A DNA stretch of 64,000 bases from Candidatus Poribacteria bacterium (GCA_965116925.1 OZ220744.1:5568001-5632000); one strand, 5' to 3'; shown: positions 29,693-38,984, counted from the first letter of the stretch. Numbers and translations: made by a program. The notes: generated from the sequence alone by a model not told the origin.

Positions 29693-30216
29693 TTACACGA
29701 AAACAAAAAGAACTGTTGATGGATCTGGTGAAGTTGTTCGACAAGCACGGCACACAACCCTTTGAGGAACTTGCCGAATTACTTTCTTCGCCTGAAACTA
29801 TTGAATTATGGGTAAATTTTTTAAGGCAGAGCTCGACTGCAGCTCGGAAGGCTGGATTTGAGCAGAACGGTAAACGGAGAGGGGGACCGCGCCGCGCCGT
29901 AAAATCGGAATTGGAACGGATCAAGTCTGAGGATCCAGAGAAACATCAGGCACTCGCCTCATTCCGTGATGTGCTCCTATCCAAAACTATTTTGCCACAG
30001 CTGAAAGATGTTCGTAATTTCGCGCAAACCCGTGGCTTGCCTGCGATAACAGCTAGGAGTCGAGAACAGGCAATATTCTTGCTCCTTCAATCAATGATTG
30101 CGTTGGACACCAATGTAATTAACAAGATTATTGAGTCATTACCTTCTTCCCCCACAGAAACTGTAAACGACCTGGAGGAATGGACTAGAATCATTATGGC
30201 TGAGAAACGTAAGTAA
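29689..30216 (+). CDS. Hypothetical protein translationally coupled to ParA
   Basis: ATGA overlap; 175 aa; no ParB motifs recognised. Confidence 0.7.
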   Translation: MITRKQKELLMDLVKLFDKHGTQPFEELAELLSSPETIELWVNFLRQSSTAARKAGFEQNGKRRGGPRRAVKSELERIKSEDPEKHQALASFRDVLLSKTILPQLKDVRNFAQTRGLPAITARSREQAIFLLLQSMIALDTNVINKIIESLPSSPTETVNDLEEWTRIIMAEKRK

Positions 30217-30232
30217 TTGAAATTTTACCGAT

Positions 30233-30257
30233 TTTGGCTTTAGTCTATAAAGCCAAA
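30233..30257. terminator. Hairpin after the ParA pair
   Basis: TTTGGCTTTA-GTCTA-TAAAGCCAAA. Confidence 0.5.
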
Positions 30258-30307
30258 GCGTTCCACGAGCAAAAGGAACTAAGCCACTTAAGGTAGAAAT
30301 GTGAAAC

Positions 30308-30335
30308 ATATCCGATAAATTAGCTTATCGGACAT
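30308..30335. repeat. dif-like 11-6-11 palindromic site 3
   Basis: ATATCCGATAA-ATTAGC-TTATCGGACAT. Confidence 0.85.
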
Positions 30336-30356
30336 TCAGCATTTATAGGAGGCGAC

Positions 30357-31034
30357 ATGGCATTAGACGAAAACACACAGATACAAACTGGGATTGAGAA
30401 AATACGAGAACTGATCGAAGGGGGCGCAGGGAACAGAATCAAACTCTCTGAAGCGGTTTCCTTAGCGCGGTCAATCGTTTATGATATACGCGGGGATAAG
30501 CATCCACTCATGGAGGATCTCTCGGTAGCTCTGAAGATGCTGCCTATGTCTGGCCCGTCTGGTTTTCATGCTGCTATTGCAGCGTGTAATAGTGTAGTAA
30601 CATTGCACGACCAAGGTGGTCTCAGCAGTCCCCGTCTGGAAATTGCTCGCGAGATAGAAGGGGATATTCTCGACATCGCCCATGAACAGATTAAAGCATC
30701 TGAGAGAAACCCTGATGCAACGCATAAGCAATTGCAACTTGGGATCGCCGCATTTCTGGGTGGGGCTGCTTTGGAGGACGCACTAAGACGATTGTGTGAT
30801 GCCAATGGTATTAGCTACAATCGACAGCGAACATCTATATCAACACTTCAAGCAGCACTTTATCAACCATCGAAGCAAATTGAGGTGATTTCCGTGTCAG
30901 ATAATAAGCAGATCACTGCGTGGGGTGATACGCGGAACAAAGCTGACCACGGACGATTTAGCGAAATTGCCTACTCAGAAGTTTTACCGATGGTCATTGG
31001 TGTGCGGGGATTTATAGATAAGCATCTTCCATAG
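30357..31034 (+). CDS. HEPN/DUF4145-like protein
   Basis: AAFLGGAALEDALRRLC and an RxxxxH motif RNKADH. Confidence 0.75.
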   Translation: MALDENTQIQTGIEKIRELIEGGAGNRIKLSEAVSLARSIVYDIRGDKHPLMEDLSVALKMLPMSGPSGFHAAIAACNSVVTLHDQGGLSSPRLEIAREIEGDILDIAHEQIKASERNPDATHKQLQLGIAAFLGGAALEDALRRLCDANGISYNRQRTSISTLQAALYQPSKQIEVISVSDNKQITAWGDTRNKADHGRFSEIAYSEVLPMVIGVRGFIDKHLP

Positions 31035-31050
31035 AATCTATTTTGAGAAC

Positions 31051-31079
31051 ATGTCCGATAATAAGATGTTATCAGACAT
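31051..31079. repeat. dif-like palindromic site 4 (7 bp spacer); half-sites at 31158-31168 and 26919-26929
   Basis: ATGTCCGATAA-TAAGATG-TTATCAGACAT. Confidence 0.8.
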
Positions 31080-31267
31080 TTTAAGCGGTTTTCAGGGAAA
31101 ATCGAAAATCTTGACATAGTAAATACGCGGGTTTTGCCAGTCTCGATAAGCAAAAAAATGTCCGATAACCTTACCCGATTCAACTGCATGGACTGACGCC
31201 AGAAGCAAAAAAAGAGTCGATAGAAGTCATTTTCAATGAGCAACGCACCAAGAATAAGGAGAACATA

Positions 31268-32107
31268 ATGAATGACACAGGCTATACCAATCCACAACTG
31301 CTGATTTCCGCTGAAGAGTTGATGGGCAAACTCGACGACGGTTCAATCTGCCTTGTGGATGTCCGACCGACGCATGAATATGTCGCGGGACATATCCCCG
31401 GTGCTATCCATCTTGATCTATTCGCAATCAGCCTCAGCGACACGAGCGAACAGGTGTTCGACGCGTTTATGTGGACGATTGCGTACCTCTTTAAGGACCG
31501 TGGAATTGACCCGACCAAGACAATCGTATGGTACGAGAACGAATCTGGCGTTAAGGCAGCGCGCGGATTCTGGTTCTGCGAGTATCTGGGGCATGAGGAT
31601 GTCCGGGTGTTGGACGGTGGACTCAGTGCTTGGTCTGCGGCGGGTGGAGAGGTCAGCACTGACGCCGTAGCACCAGACGAGGTAGCACAATTCTCGACCG
31701 ACTCAAAAGCAGATGCCCACATGGATGCGGAGACCATCCACGGGTTACTCGATGCCGGTGATTTTGCTGTCCTCGACACGCGCGCCGCTGCCGAACATTA
31801 CGGAGATGTCGCACGTTCCGCACGGGGCGGTGCTATCCCCGGTTCCGTCCATATCGAATGGATGAACAATCTGGACGAAAACGGTATGTTCAGACCTGCC
31901 GCAGAACTTCGTGAACTCTACGAATCCGCAGGGATTACGCCGGAGAAGCGCGTCATGTCCTACTGACAGGGCGGATACCGCTCTTCCCACAGCTATCTGG
32001 CGTTGCGGCTTTTGGGCTATCAGAAAGTCAGCAACTACATCGGCTCGTGGAAAGAGTGGGGAGATCGGCTGGATCTGCCGATCGAAATGCCGGGGCGTGA
32101 TGCGTGA
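31268..32107 (+). CDS. Tandem-domain rhodanese/sulfurtransferase with in-frame TGA (probable Sec) at the catalytic Cys
   Basis: GHIPGA, LDGG, GAIPGS; past TGA 31964-31966 the frame continues [20 protein letters not shown]...NYIGSWKEW...LPIE; 279 aa. Confidence 0.85.
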
Positions 32108-32139
32108 AACGTAATTCGTAAAGAAAAGATTTTACGCAT

Positions 32140-32232
32140 GGGTCATGTTAAGAAAGCGTGCAACAGCAACCGAGTGTTCGTAGGGGTTGGGTCCCCCAAC
32201 CCTTACTGCGGGCGGGGAAACCCCGCCCCTAC
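32140..32232 (+). mobile_element. Family-A MITE left part with a GTAG REP doublet
   Basis: GGGTCATGTTAAGAAAGCGTGC followed by GTAGGGGTTGGGTCCCCCAACCC...CCCCGCCCCTAC. Confidence 0.75.
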
Positions 32233-33413
32233 AATAATGCTTGATCAAGGTCTGCGATAATATCTTCCACTTCCTCCAACCCGACAGAAACCCTGACCAA
32301 ACCATCCGTGATTCCGGCGCGTCTCCGCGCTTCCGGCGAGACATGCAGGTGCGTCGTCGAAGCGGGGTGACAGATCAGCGTCCGCACGTCGCCCAAGCTG
32401 ACCGCAAGTGCACAGAGTTCGACCCGATTCACCAGTTTCTCTCCTGCTGATACACCGCCTTTGAGCTCAAAAGAGATCATCCCACCGAAATCGCTCATCT
32501 GCTGTTTGGCGAGCGCGTGTTGTGGGTGGCTTGGCAGACCGGGATAGTGCACCCTTTCGATTGCCGAATGACTTTCCAGAAATGCTGCGAGCCCACGTGC
32601 ATTGGCACAGTGACGCTCAAAACGCAGTGGTAGCGTGGCGACTCCGTGCAGCGTCAGCCAAGCGTTGAACGGACTGATTACACCCCCGAAGTGTCGTAGC
32701 GCACCTTTCCTCGCCCGATCGATAAAGTCCTTTGATCCGACGATCACGCCGGCGACCACTGTTCCATTTCCACTGAGATACTTGGTCATGCTGTGAACGA
32801 CGACATCAATACCGAGAGAGATTGGCTGCTGTCCACACGGTGTGGCAAAGGTGTTGTCGATGACGGATGTAATCCCGTGGGCGTTTGCAATCTCCGCGCA
32901 GGCAGCGATGTCTACCAGTTTCAGCGTTGGGTTGACAGGACTTTCGATGTAGATGATTTTCGTATTCGGTTGGATTGCTCGTTTGACTGCATTGATGTCG
33001 GTCGCGTCCACAAATGTGGTTTCGACTCCCATGCGACGGAGATCTTCGTTCAGGATGTTGTATGAGCCGGAGTAAAGAGAATCCATCGCCACGACGTGGT
33101 CTCCGTGAGCGAGTAGTGTCAGCAACGCTGTGCTCACGGCTGCCATCCCCGACGCTGTTGCGAGTCCCGCTTCACCGCCTTCCAAGGCGGCAATCTTGTT
33201 TTCGAGCACAGATTGCGTCGGATTTCCCCATCGTGTATAGACATAGCCCGAATCTTCGTCCGTGAACGCAGCGACGCATTCCTCCGCTGTCTCAAACTGA
33301 AAGGTGCTGTTCTGGTAGATGGGTGGGATGAGGGGACCCGTTTTGGGGAGGGATTCTTCGCCGGCGTGGATGGCTTTGGTTGACCAGCCGGTGGATTTGG
33401 ATTTCGTTGTCAT
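32229..33413 (-). CDS. Cys/Met metabolism PLP lyase (methionine gamma-lyase-like)
   Basis: YTRWGNPT, ASGMAA, DNTFATP, HSMTKYLSG, AVSLG, RVSVGLE. Confidence 0.92.
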   Translation of the reverse strand: MTTKSKSTGWSTKAIHAGEESLPKTGPLIPPIYQNSTFQFETAEECVAAFTDEDSGYVYTRWGNPTQSVLENKIAALEGGEAGLATASGMAAVSTALLTLLAHGDHVVAMDSLYSGSYNILNEDLRRMGVETTFVDATDINAVKRAIQPNTKIIYIESPVNPTLKLVDIAACAEIANAHGITSVIDNTFATPCGQQPISLGIDVVVHSMTKYLSGNGTVVAGVIVGSKDFIDRARKGALRHFGGVISPFNAWLTLHGVATLPLRFERHCANARGLAAFLESHSAIERVHYPGLPSHPQHALAKQQMSDFGGMISFELKGGVSAGEKLVNRVELCALAVSLGDVRTLICHPASTTHLHVSPEARRRAGITDGLVRVSVGLEEVEDIIADLDQALL

Positions 33414-33437
33414 AATCATCTATCCGTTGGTTACTCT

Positions 33438-33758
33438 CAGGACTTACGCAGTTGAACGTTCAACCCCTCGTAGTTCGGTGACTCATTACCGGAAAATACG
33501 ACTTACGACGCCTGATGAATCAGGCAACTACAGTTAGCCCTTACAGTTCACGACGCCTGATAAATCAGGCAACTACAAATACGATTTACAACGCCCGATG
33601 AATCCCCGATAAATCGGGCAACTACAATTAGCCCTACAGTAGTGGGCACGCTTTACTGTGCCGTAATTTGGGCAATGGTTACGGCATACGGAGTATGCCT
33701 ACTACCTTAAAGACGCGCAATGAATTGCGCTACTACAAACTCAAGTGCGTAACTCCTA
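33438..33758 (-). mobile_element. Family-C MITE carrying about six REP hairpins
   Basis: CAGGACTTACGCA ... TGCGTAACTCCTA; three GCC(T/C)GAT(G/A)AAT...GGCAACTAC units plus other GTAG REPs. Confidence 0.8.
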
Positions 33759-33762
33759 ACGT

Positions 33763-35085
33763 CTATAGTTTTTCTAAAATCTGTTCTGTGATCTCTATGG
33801 TGTGTTCGATGTCTGCCTCTGTGTGGGCGAAGGAGATGCTCCCCTGTTTGGTGGGAAGCGGGAAATGAAAAACGCCCTTCTCAATTAAGAGCGTTCTATA
33901 CTTTTTGTCGAGATCCATATCGTGGAACTGTGCAATTTGCAGCCAATTGGTGGGAACCTCCTCCATGAAATAGACGACAAAGGCGGATCCTTGCCGGGCG
34001 ACTGTTGCGGGGAAATCTTTCGTGGACAGGAGTTCCTTTAAGCCAGCTTCCATCATCTGACCGAGATGTTCTATATGACCATAAATCTCGCTTTCTTGCG
34101 CCTTCAATTTCTTCAAGGTTGCGATTGCCGCTGCGGTCGGGACAGGATGCGCGCTATATGTGCCTGCGATCAATACCTTCTTTTCCGGCTGCGGGTGATT
34201 GAAATACTCCATATATTCGCGCTTGCCCCCGACGACGCCGAGTGGGTAGCCGTTGGCGACCGCCTTTCCGAATACCGACAGATCGGGCTGCACCCCACAT
34301 ATCGACTGATAACCGCCTAGGGCATGGCGGAACCCCGTTTTCACCTCATCAAAAATTAACAGAGTACCGTATTGATCGCACAGGTCTCGAAGCCCCTCTA
34401 GATATCCGGGGTTCGGTTTGACCACACCGATGTTTTGTAGAATCGGCTCAAGAATAATGCACGCGATATTCTCCGTTTTTATCAGGTTTTCTACGGCGTC
34501 CAAGTCGTTGAATTGTACGACATGGACATGTTGGGAGGCGGATGCCGGCATACCGGCTGTAATCGGATAGAGCGGTAATTCTTCACCCGGCTGATGGTCC
34601 GCGATTCTTTCAAGCGAATCCATTAAATTGAAAGCCACATCGTTATGCCAACCGTTGTAACCGCCCTGCATAATAATCACTTCGTCGCGCCCGGTGACAG
34701 CCCTCGCGACCCGCACGGCGAAAAAGGTCGCCTCTGACCCCGTATTGGTGACCTGCACTTGGTCTAGGGTGGGAATACACTCTACTAACAGATTCGCTAG
34801 TTCGCCCTCCCAAGGGGTTGTCCCCGCACCGATCAGGGATTTGCCCTCCTTTATGGCTTGAACCACCGCACCATCGACATCTGGATCGCTGTGACCCAAT
34901 AGATAGGGCGAGAAGGCGGCGTGATAATCGATGTACTGCATCCCATCGCTATCCCAGAGATAGGGGCCCTCCGCTTTCACAAAAACGCGCATCGGATCGA
35001 TCACCCGATTTAGTGAAACGACGCCACCGGGTATCACCTTTTTGTGCTGTTCCCAGACTGCTGCTACTGTGTCTTTTTGTGTCAT
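33763..35085 (-). CDS. Class III aminotransferase (glutamate-1-semialdehyde aminomutase-like)
   Basis: IPGGVVS, NTGSEAT, GYNGWH, FDEVKTGFR, FGKAVANG. Confidence 0.88.
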   Translation of the reverse strand: MTQKDTVAAVWEQHKKVIPGGVVSLNRVIDPMRVFVKAEGPYLWDSDGMQYIDYHAAFSPYLLGHSDPDVDGAVVQAIKEGKSLIGAGTTPWEGELANLLVECIPTLDQVQVTNTGSEATFFAVRVARAVTGRDEVIIMQGGYNGWHNDVAFNLMDSLERIADHQPGEELPLYPITAGMPASASQHVHVVQFNDLDAVENLIKTENIACIILEPILQNIGVVKPNPGYLEGLRDLCDQYGTLLIFDEVKTGFRHALGGYQSICGVQPDLSVFGKAVANGYPLGVVGGKREYMEYFNHPQPEKKVLIAGTYSAHPVPTAAAIATLKKLKAQESEIYGHIEHLGQMMEAGLKELLSTKDFPATVARQGSAFVVYFMEEVPTNWLQIAQFHDMDLDKKYRTLLIEKGVFHFPLPTKQGSISFAHTEADIEHTIEITEQILEKL

Positions 35086-35117
35086 CGTCTTTTCTTTCTT
35101 CGATATATTAACGCCAT

Positions 35118-35250
35118 TCTACACACATGTCGCCCCGCTGGGGCTTGGGGTATGTAGGGGATCGGCGTTGTTATACACATTGCGCTCCTCTGGAGCGCAG
35201 GATTGACCCTATATCGCTATCTATAGACATATCGCTCCTCTGGAGCGAAA
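35118..35250. repeat. Three CTAYABACAT-hairpin REP-like units (also at 22047-22126 and about 50861-50897)
   Basis: CTATAGACATATCGCTCCTCTGGAGCG and variants. Confidence 0.7.
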
Positions 35251-35372
35251 AGCAGAGCAATTGACGGACGGGAAACCTATGGATTCGCAATACATAGGTT
35301 CTGTTGACATTTCACCGCAACTAGATAATCGAGCGGTGGTGCACAAACGCATCGTCCTCCGTAGGGGTTGGA

Positions 35373-35756
35373 TCTCCCAACCCGTCGGGCGAGGGGACCT
35401 CGCCCCTACAGTTACAGGTAGTTTCACATAAATATCAATACGCCCAGCAACTTGGGCTATCTTACCCGAATTATTACTGCCTTTCATAGACTTTCGTTGG
35501 ATCAATCACCGATTTCTCATTATGCAGTTCTTCGGTCAATACACCGTCCCGGAGTTGTGTTGAGTCTCCCAACCCGTTGGGCGAGGGGACCTCGCCCCTA
35601 CGATTACAGGCAGTTTCACATAAATATCAATACACCCAGCAACTTGGGCTATCTTACCCGAATTATTACTGCCTTTCATAGATTTTCGTTGGATCGATCA
35701 CCGATTTCTCATTATGCAGTTCTTCGGTCAGAGCACCGTCCCGAAGTTTCGTTATG
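35373..35756. repeat. 192 bp tandem duplication including the 3' end of the AAC(3)-family gene
   Basis: 35373-35564 vs 35565-35756, about 15 mismatches by manual count. Confidence 0.9.
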
Positions 35757-36505
35757 CTATCACCGGTCTTGACCAGCAGGAGCGGATCTTTCCGGTATTC
35801 AGCGAGACCGATCTCAAGCGCGTCCCGTGCCCGAAACCGTCGAGCCACGGCGTTACCCAACGCACCGACCTGAGCGAGTCCACGTTCTTCGAGTATCGCT
35901 CCAAACTTGTTGAAGTCGTTGCCCACAAAGCCCGGTCTGGGACTATAGGCGAGTGCGGGGAGTGGTCGTTTTCGCCCCTCCGGCTCTTGAACCCATGCGT
36001 CGACCTGCCGCCACTGCCGGTAACGCACTTGTACAAGCTGCTCGATAACGTGGAAGAAGGTGCAGCGGAGATAGGGAACGCCAAGCATTAAGATGTGTGC
36101 GTCCAATTCATAGAGTTGCCAGAAGGGACCGTCGGCTGCCCAAGCGGAAGCTCCATGGACAGCGGTGATCTCTTTCGCGTGGGGCCCCAAAGCAGCGACA
36201 GAGTGCAGGAGGTGACGGCTCCGCCGTGCACCGGGGCGCGTTCGAGTTACCTCCGTGATACGTCCCATCTCCGATGGATCCCGAATAGGATCAAACACCG
36301 GATCAAGTTTTCCGCCGTGGGAGAAGGTGAAGGTCGGCACGACGAGTGTGCCCGTTGAACCGAGCACATCCAAGAGCGCGTCAACCATAGCGTCCGCGCC
36401 GCCTTCGACATAGCCAATACTGCTCAGCGAACTGTGCACAAAGACAATATGACTTGCTCCCAAACCCAGCGTTTGTAGTGCTTCGGCGATCTCTTCCTTT
36501 TTCAC
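35666..36505 (-). CDS. AAC(3)/YokD-family N-acetyltransferase
   Basis: VHSSLSSIGYVEGG, GTLVVPTFT, MGRITE, TFFHVIE. Confidence 0.9.
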   Translation of the reverse strand: MKKEEIAEALQTLGLGASHIVFVHSSLSSIGYVEGGADAMVDALLDVLGSTGTLVVPTFTFSHGGKLDPVFDPIRDPSEMGRITEVTRTRPGARRSRHLLHSVAALGPHAKEITAVHGASAWAADGPFWQLYELDAHILMLGVPYLRCTFFHVIEQLVQVRYRQWRQVDAWVQEPEGRKRPLPALAYSPRPGFVGNDFNKFGAILEERGLAQVGALGNAVARRFRARDALEIGLAEYRKDPLLLVKTGDSITKLRDGALTEELHNEKSVIDPTKIYERQ

Positions 36506-36508
36506 TGT

Positions 36509-37765
36509 CTATCCTAGCGATGCGTCCACCTTGTTAATCGCCGCAGCCATCAATCGGGCGTGGTCTTCCTGCATATTGACATTGAACCCAAACCGCAAGG
36601 CTCTGCCCAAAATCGAAAGGGTCTGCGGGCACATATCCCGTGAATACTCGACGTTCCCTTTGTAGGCTGGATCTTTCCACGGATAACCCGATGGGTGGTG
36701 GGAGTGCTTAAACAGGATTGAATCCCAGTAATAGTAGATGTGACGGTCTGGAAATCCTTCGTTGTACGCCGTGCCTGCGCCCAACCCTTCTGCCTTGAGT
36801 GCTTCGACGTATTTCGGCGTGAGTTCTGGATCCTTAACAATGATTGCTGCACTGATGCCGCATTCGCCATCAGGATCATCTACATGCTGTGGAATATATC
36901 CCTTCGGCGCATCCAACTCTGCGACGAACGCCTTTTTCAGCCGACGGGTATGGCTTAAGATGTCCTCAAGTTTGGAAAGTTGTACCCTCGCAATTGACCC
37001 CATAATTTCGCTCGGACGGTAGCCCTGACGTGAAAAAGGTGGATTTTGCCACTCCTTATCGCTCATCCACATCGGCATTGCAGCATCGCTAGCGAAGGCG
37101 GTGCGTTCATAGATATCGTAGTCATCCGTGAATACCATGCCTCCTTCGCCGCAGCTGATTACTTTGAAGTAGTTTAGACTCCACGCACCAGCCTCTCCCC
37201 ATGTTCCGGTATACGCGCCGTTATACCGTCCGCCGACACACTGACAACAATCTTCGACCATTTTGAGGTCATGCCGCTTGGCGATTGCCATGAGGTCATC
37301 AAGGCGGCACGGCACCCCTTGCATGTGGACGGGCAGGATTGCTTTTGTGTGCGGGGTAATCTTCCGTTCAACATCGGCGGGATCCATGCCGAGCGATTCA
37401 TCAATTTCGGCGATTACAGGGATAGCACCTACGCCAACGACCGCCGCCGCTGTCGCAATAAAGGTATAGCCCGGAACGATCACCTCGTCGCCGGGACCGA
37501 CGCCAATCCCTGTCAGCGCACAGATGATCGCACTCGTACCAGAATTGACCATCAGCGCGTGATTCACGCCAAGCAGTGCCGCGGCTTCCTTTTCAAACGC
37601 AGCGACGTGAGAATCCTCAACAAACCGGAACAGTCTACCGCTCCGCAGCACTTCCGTGACCGCGTTAATCTCCCGATCATCGATAGCACTTGGGCCGTGC
37701 ACACCGCTGGGAATAGGTTCCACAATAACAGGATTTCCACCATCAATAGCCAATCGATCCGCCAT
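36509..37765 (-). CDS. DegT/DnrJ/EryC1/StrS aminotransferase
   Basis: LAIDGG, NSGTSA, VEDCCQ, SLNYFKVISCGEGG; start MADRLAID. Confidence 0.9.
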   Translation of the reverse strand: MADRLAIDGGNPVIVEPIPSGVHGPSAIDDREINAVTEVLRSGRLFRFVEDSHVAAFEKEAAALLGVNHALMVNSGTSAIICALTGIGVGPGDEVIVPGYTFIATAAAVVGVGAIPVIAEIDESLGMDPADVERKITPHTKAILPVHMQGVPCRLDDLMAIAKRHDLKMVEDCCQCVGGRYNGAYTGTWGEAGAWSLNYFKVISCGEGGMVFTDDYDIYERTAFASDAAMPMWMSDKEWQNPPFSRQGYRPSEIMGSIARVQLSKLEDILSHTRRLKKAFVAELDAPKGYIPQHVDDPDGECGISAAIIVKDPELTPKYVEALKAEGLGAGTAYNEGFPDRHIYYYWDSILFKHSHHPSGYPWKDPAYKGNVEYSRDMCPQTLSILGRALRFGFNVNMQEDHARLMAAAINKVDASLG

Positions 37766-38044
37766 TTTTTTTCCTCCAAAGTCCCGTATAGCGAGGGTCC
37801 TCAACAAGTCGGGACCTTCGTTTTTTGATATCTGTTATTCATCTTTATATGAGACTTGAAAACTATATCACAGCGAGTGATCTCTGTCAACGATTGTTTT
37901 TCAACCTCAGTCGCCTCGCTGATAGGATCATTTAATTCGTCGGGCGGGGAAACCAGATGCCCCGCCTACGATGCAGGAGCCAACCTTACCAATGAACATA
38001 ACCCCTCAGAAAAAACTGGGGCAAGCGAATCAGAGGATTTTCAC

Positions 38045-38074
38045 TTGCATTTACAGATTCGGATGTGCTACAAT
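38045..38074 (+). promoter_or_regulatory. Putative sigma70 promoter of the infC operon
   Basis: TTGCAT-18 bp-TACAAT with TGn extended -10. Confidence 0.55.
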
Positions 38075-38211
38075 ATATTAGGAATGTATCGTATCCCATA
38101 ACAAAACTTCAGACTCTTAACTTGTTTCATTGAAATCACGATTAACAGATGGAACTCACTGTATATCGTAGGAATCGATCTCCGCGATATGCACTAAAAG
38201 ATTGAGAAGGG

Positions 38212-38775
38212 GTGTCAAAGATTCAAAATAGAGGTCGCCGTTACCAGCAAAAAACGCAACAGCAACAAAACAGGGTGAATCGACAGATTCGGGCAAGGCA
38301 AGTTTTGTTGATCACTACCGAAAACGACAAGCTTGGACCCATGCCCGTTTATGAAGCACTCGACCGTGCACAAGAAGAAGGACTTGATTTGGTGGAAGTC
38401 TCTCCAAATGCCGATCCGCCGGTTTGCAAAATTATGGACTACGGTAAGTTCCAGTATGAGAAAAGCAAACGGGCAAAAGAAGCTAAAAAGAAACAAGCCA
38501 AAGTTGTCCTGAAAGAGATAAAGTTTCCCTCTGTAAGAACCGGGGATCACGACTTTCAATTCAAGCTGCGTCATGCTCGCGAGTTTTTATCAAATGGCTG
38601 GAAGGTCAAAGCAACTGTTAGATTCAGTGGGCGTGAAATGCTGCACACGGATCTCGGAATGGAAATGCTGCGACGATTTGCAGCAGATGTTGCAGAGGTC
38701 GGCGAGATTGAGTCGCCTCCACGGATGGAAAGTCGGTCTATGTTCATGGTCTTGACGCCAAAGTCAGAAAAGTAG
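38212..38775 (+). CDS. infC: Translation initiation factor IF-3
   Basis: [32 protein letters not shown]. Confidence 0.97.
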   Translation: MSKIQNRGRRYQQKTQQQQNRVNRQIRARQVLLITTENDKLGPMPVYEALDRAQEEGLDLVEVSPNADPPVCKIMDYGKFQYEKSKRAKEAKKKQAKVVLKEIKFPSVRTGDHDFQFKLRHAREFLSNGWKVKATVRFSGREMLHTDLGMEMLRRFAADVAEVGEIESPPRMESRSMFMVLTPKSEK

Positions 38776-38789
38776 AGGAGCCCAGTCAG

Positions 38790-38984
38790 ATGCCAAAAAT
38801 GAAGACACATAAAGGTTCAGCCAAGCGTTTCAAAATCACAGGAAATGGGAAAATTCGCAGACGCAAGGCTTATTCCAACCACCTATTTATGTCAAAAACG
38901 GCGAAACAGAAGCGAAATCTCAGGAGAAGTGCCCTCGTAGATGCAACAAACGAGAAGAGGCTGCGTCGCTTGCTGTCCAACTAG
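38790..38984 (+). CDS. rpmI: 50S ribosomal protein L35
   Basis: [21 protein letters not shown]. Confidence 0.97.
   Translation: MPKMKTHKGSAKRFKITGNGKIRRRKAYSNHLFMSKTAKQKRNLRRSALVDATNEKRLRRLLSN

Noticed and set aside
24000..31260. Classical integron or prophage
   Set aside because: No intI, no convincing RYYYAAC...GTTRRRY attC folds, no phage genes, and no duplicated serS or tRNA end found at the right border
33500..33630. CRISPR array
   Set aside because: Only three degenerate GTAG-REP hairpins with short, irregular, mutually similar spacers inside a MITE; no cas genes
35373..35756. DGR template/variable repeat pair
   Set aside because: Mismatches are not adenine-specific, several are synonymous, the repeat includes intergenic DNA, and no reverse transcriptase is present
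35666..36505. Aminoglycoside resistance gene
   Set aside because: Family membership alone does not imply resistance; the context is a chromosomal metabolic run
38075..38211. L20 leader RNA upstream of infC
   Set aside because: The position fits, but I could not identify the conserved fold by eye; a covariance search is needed
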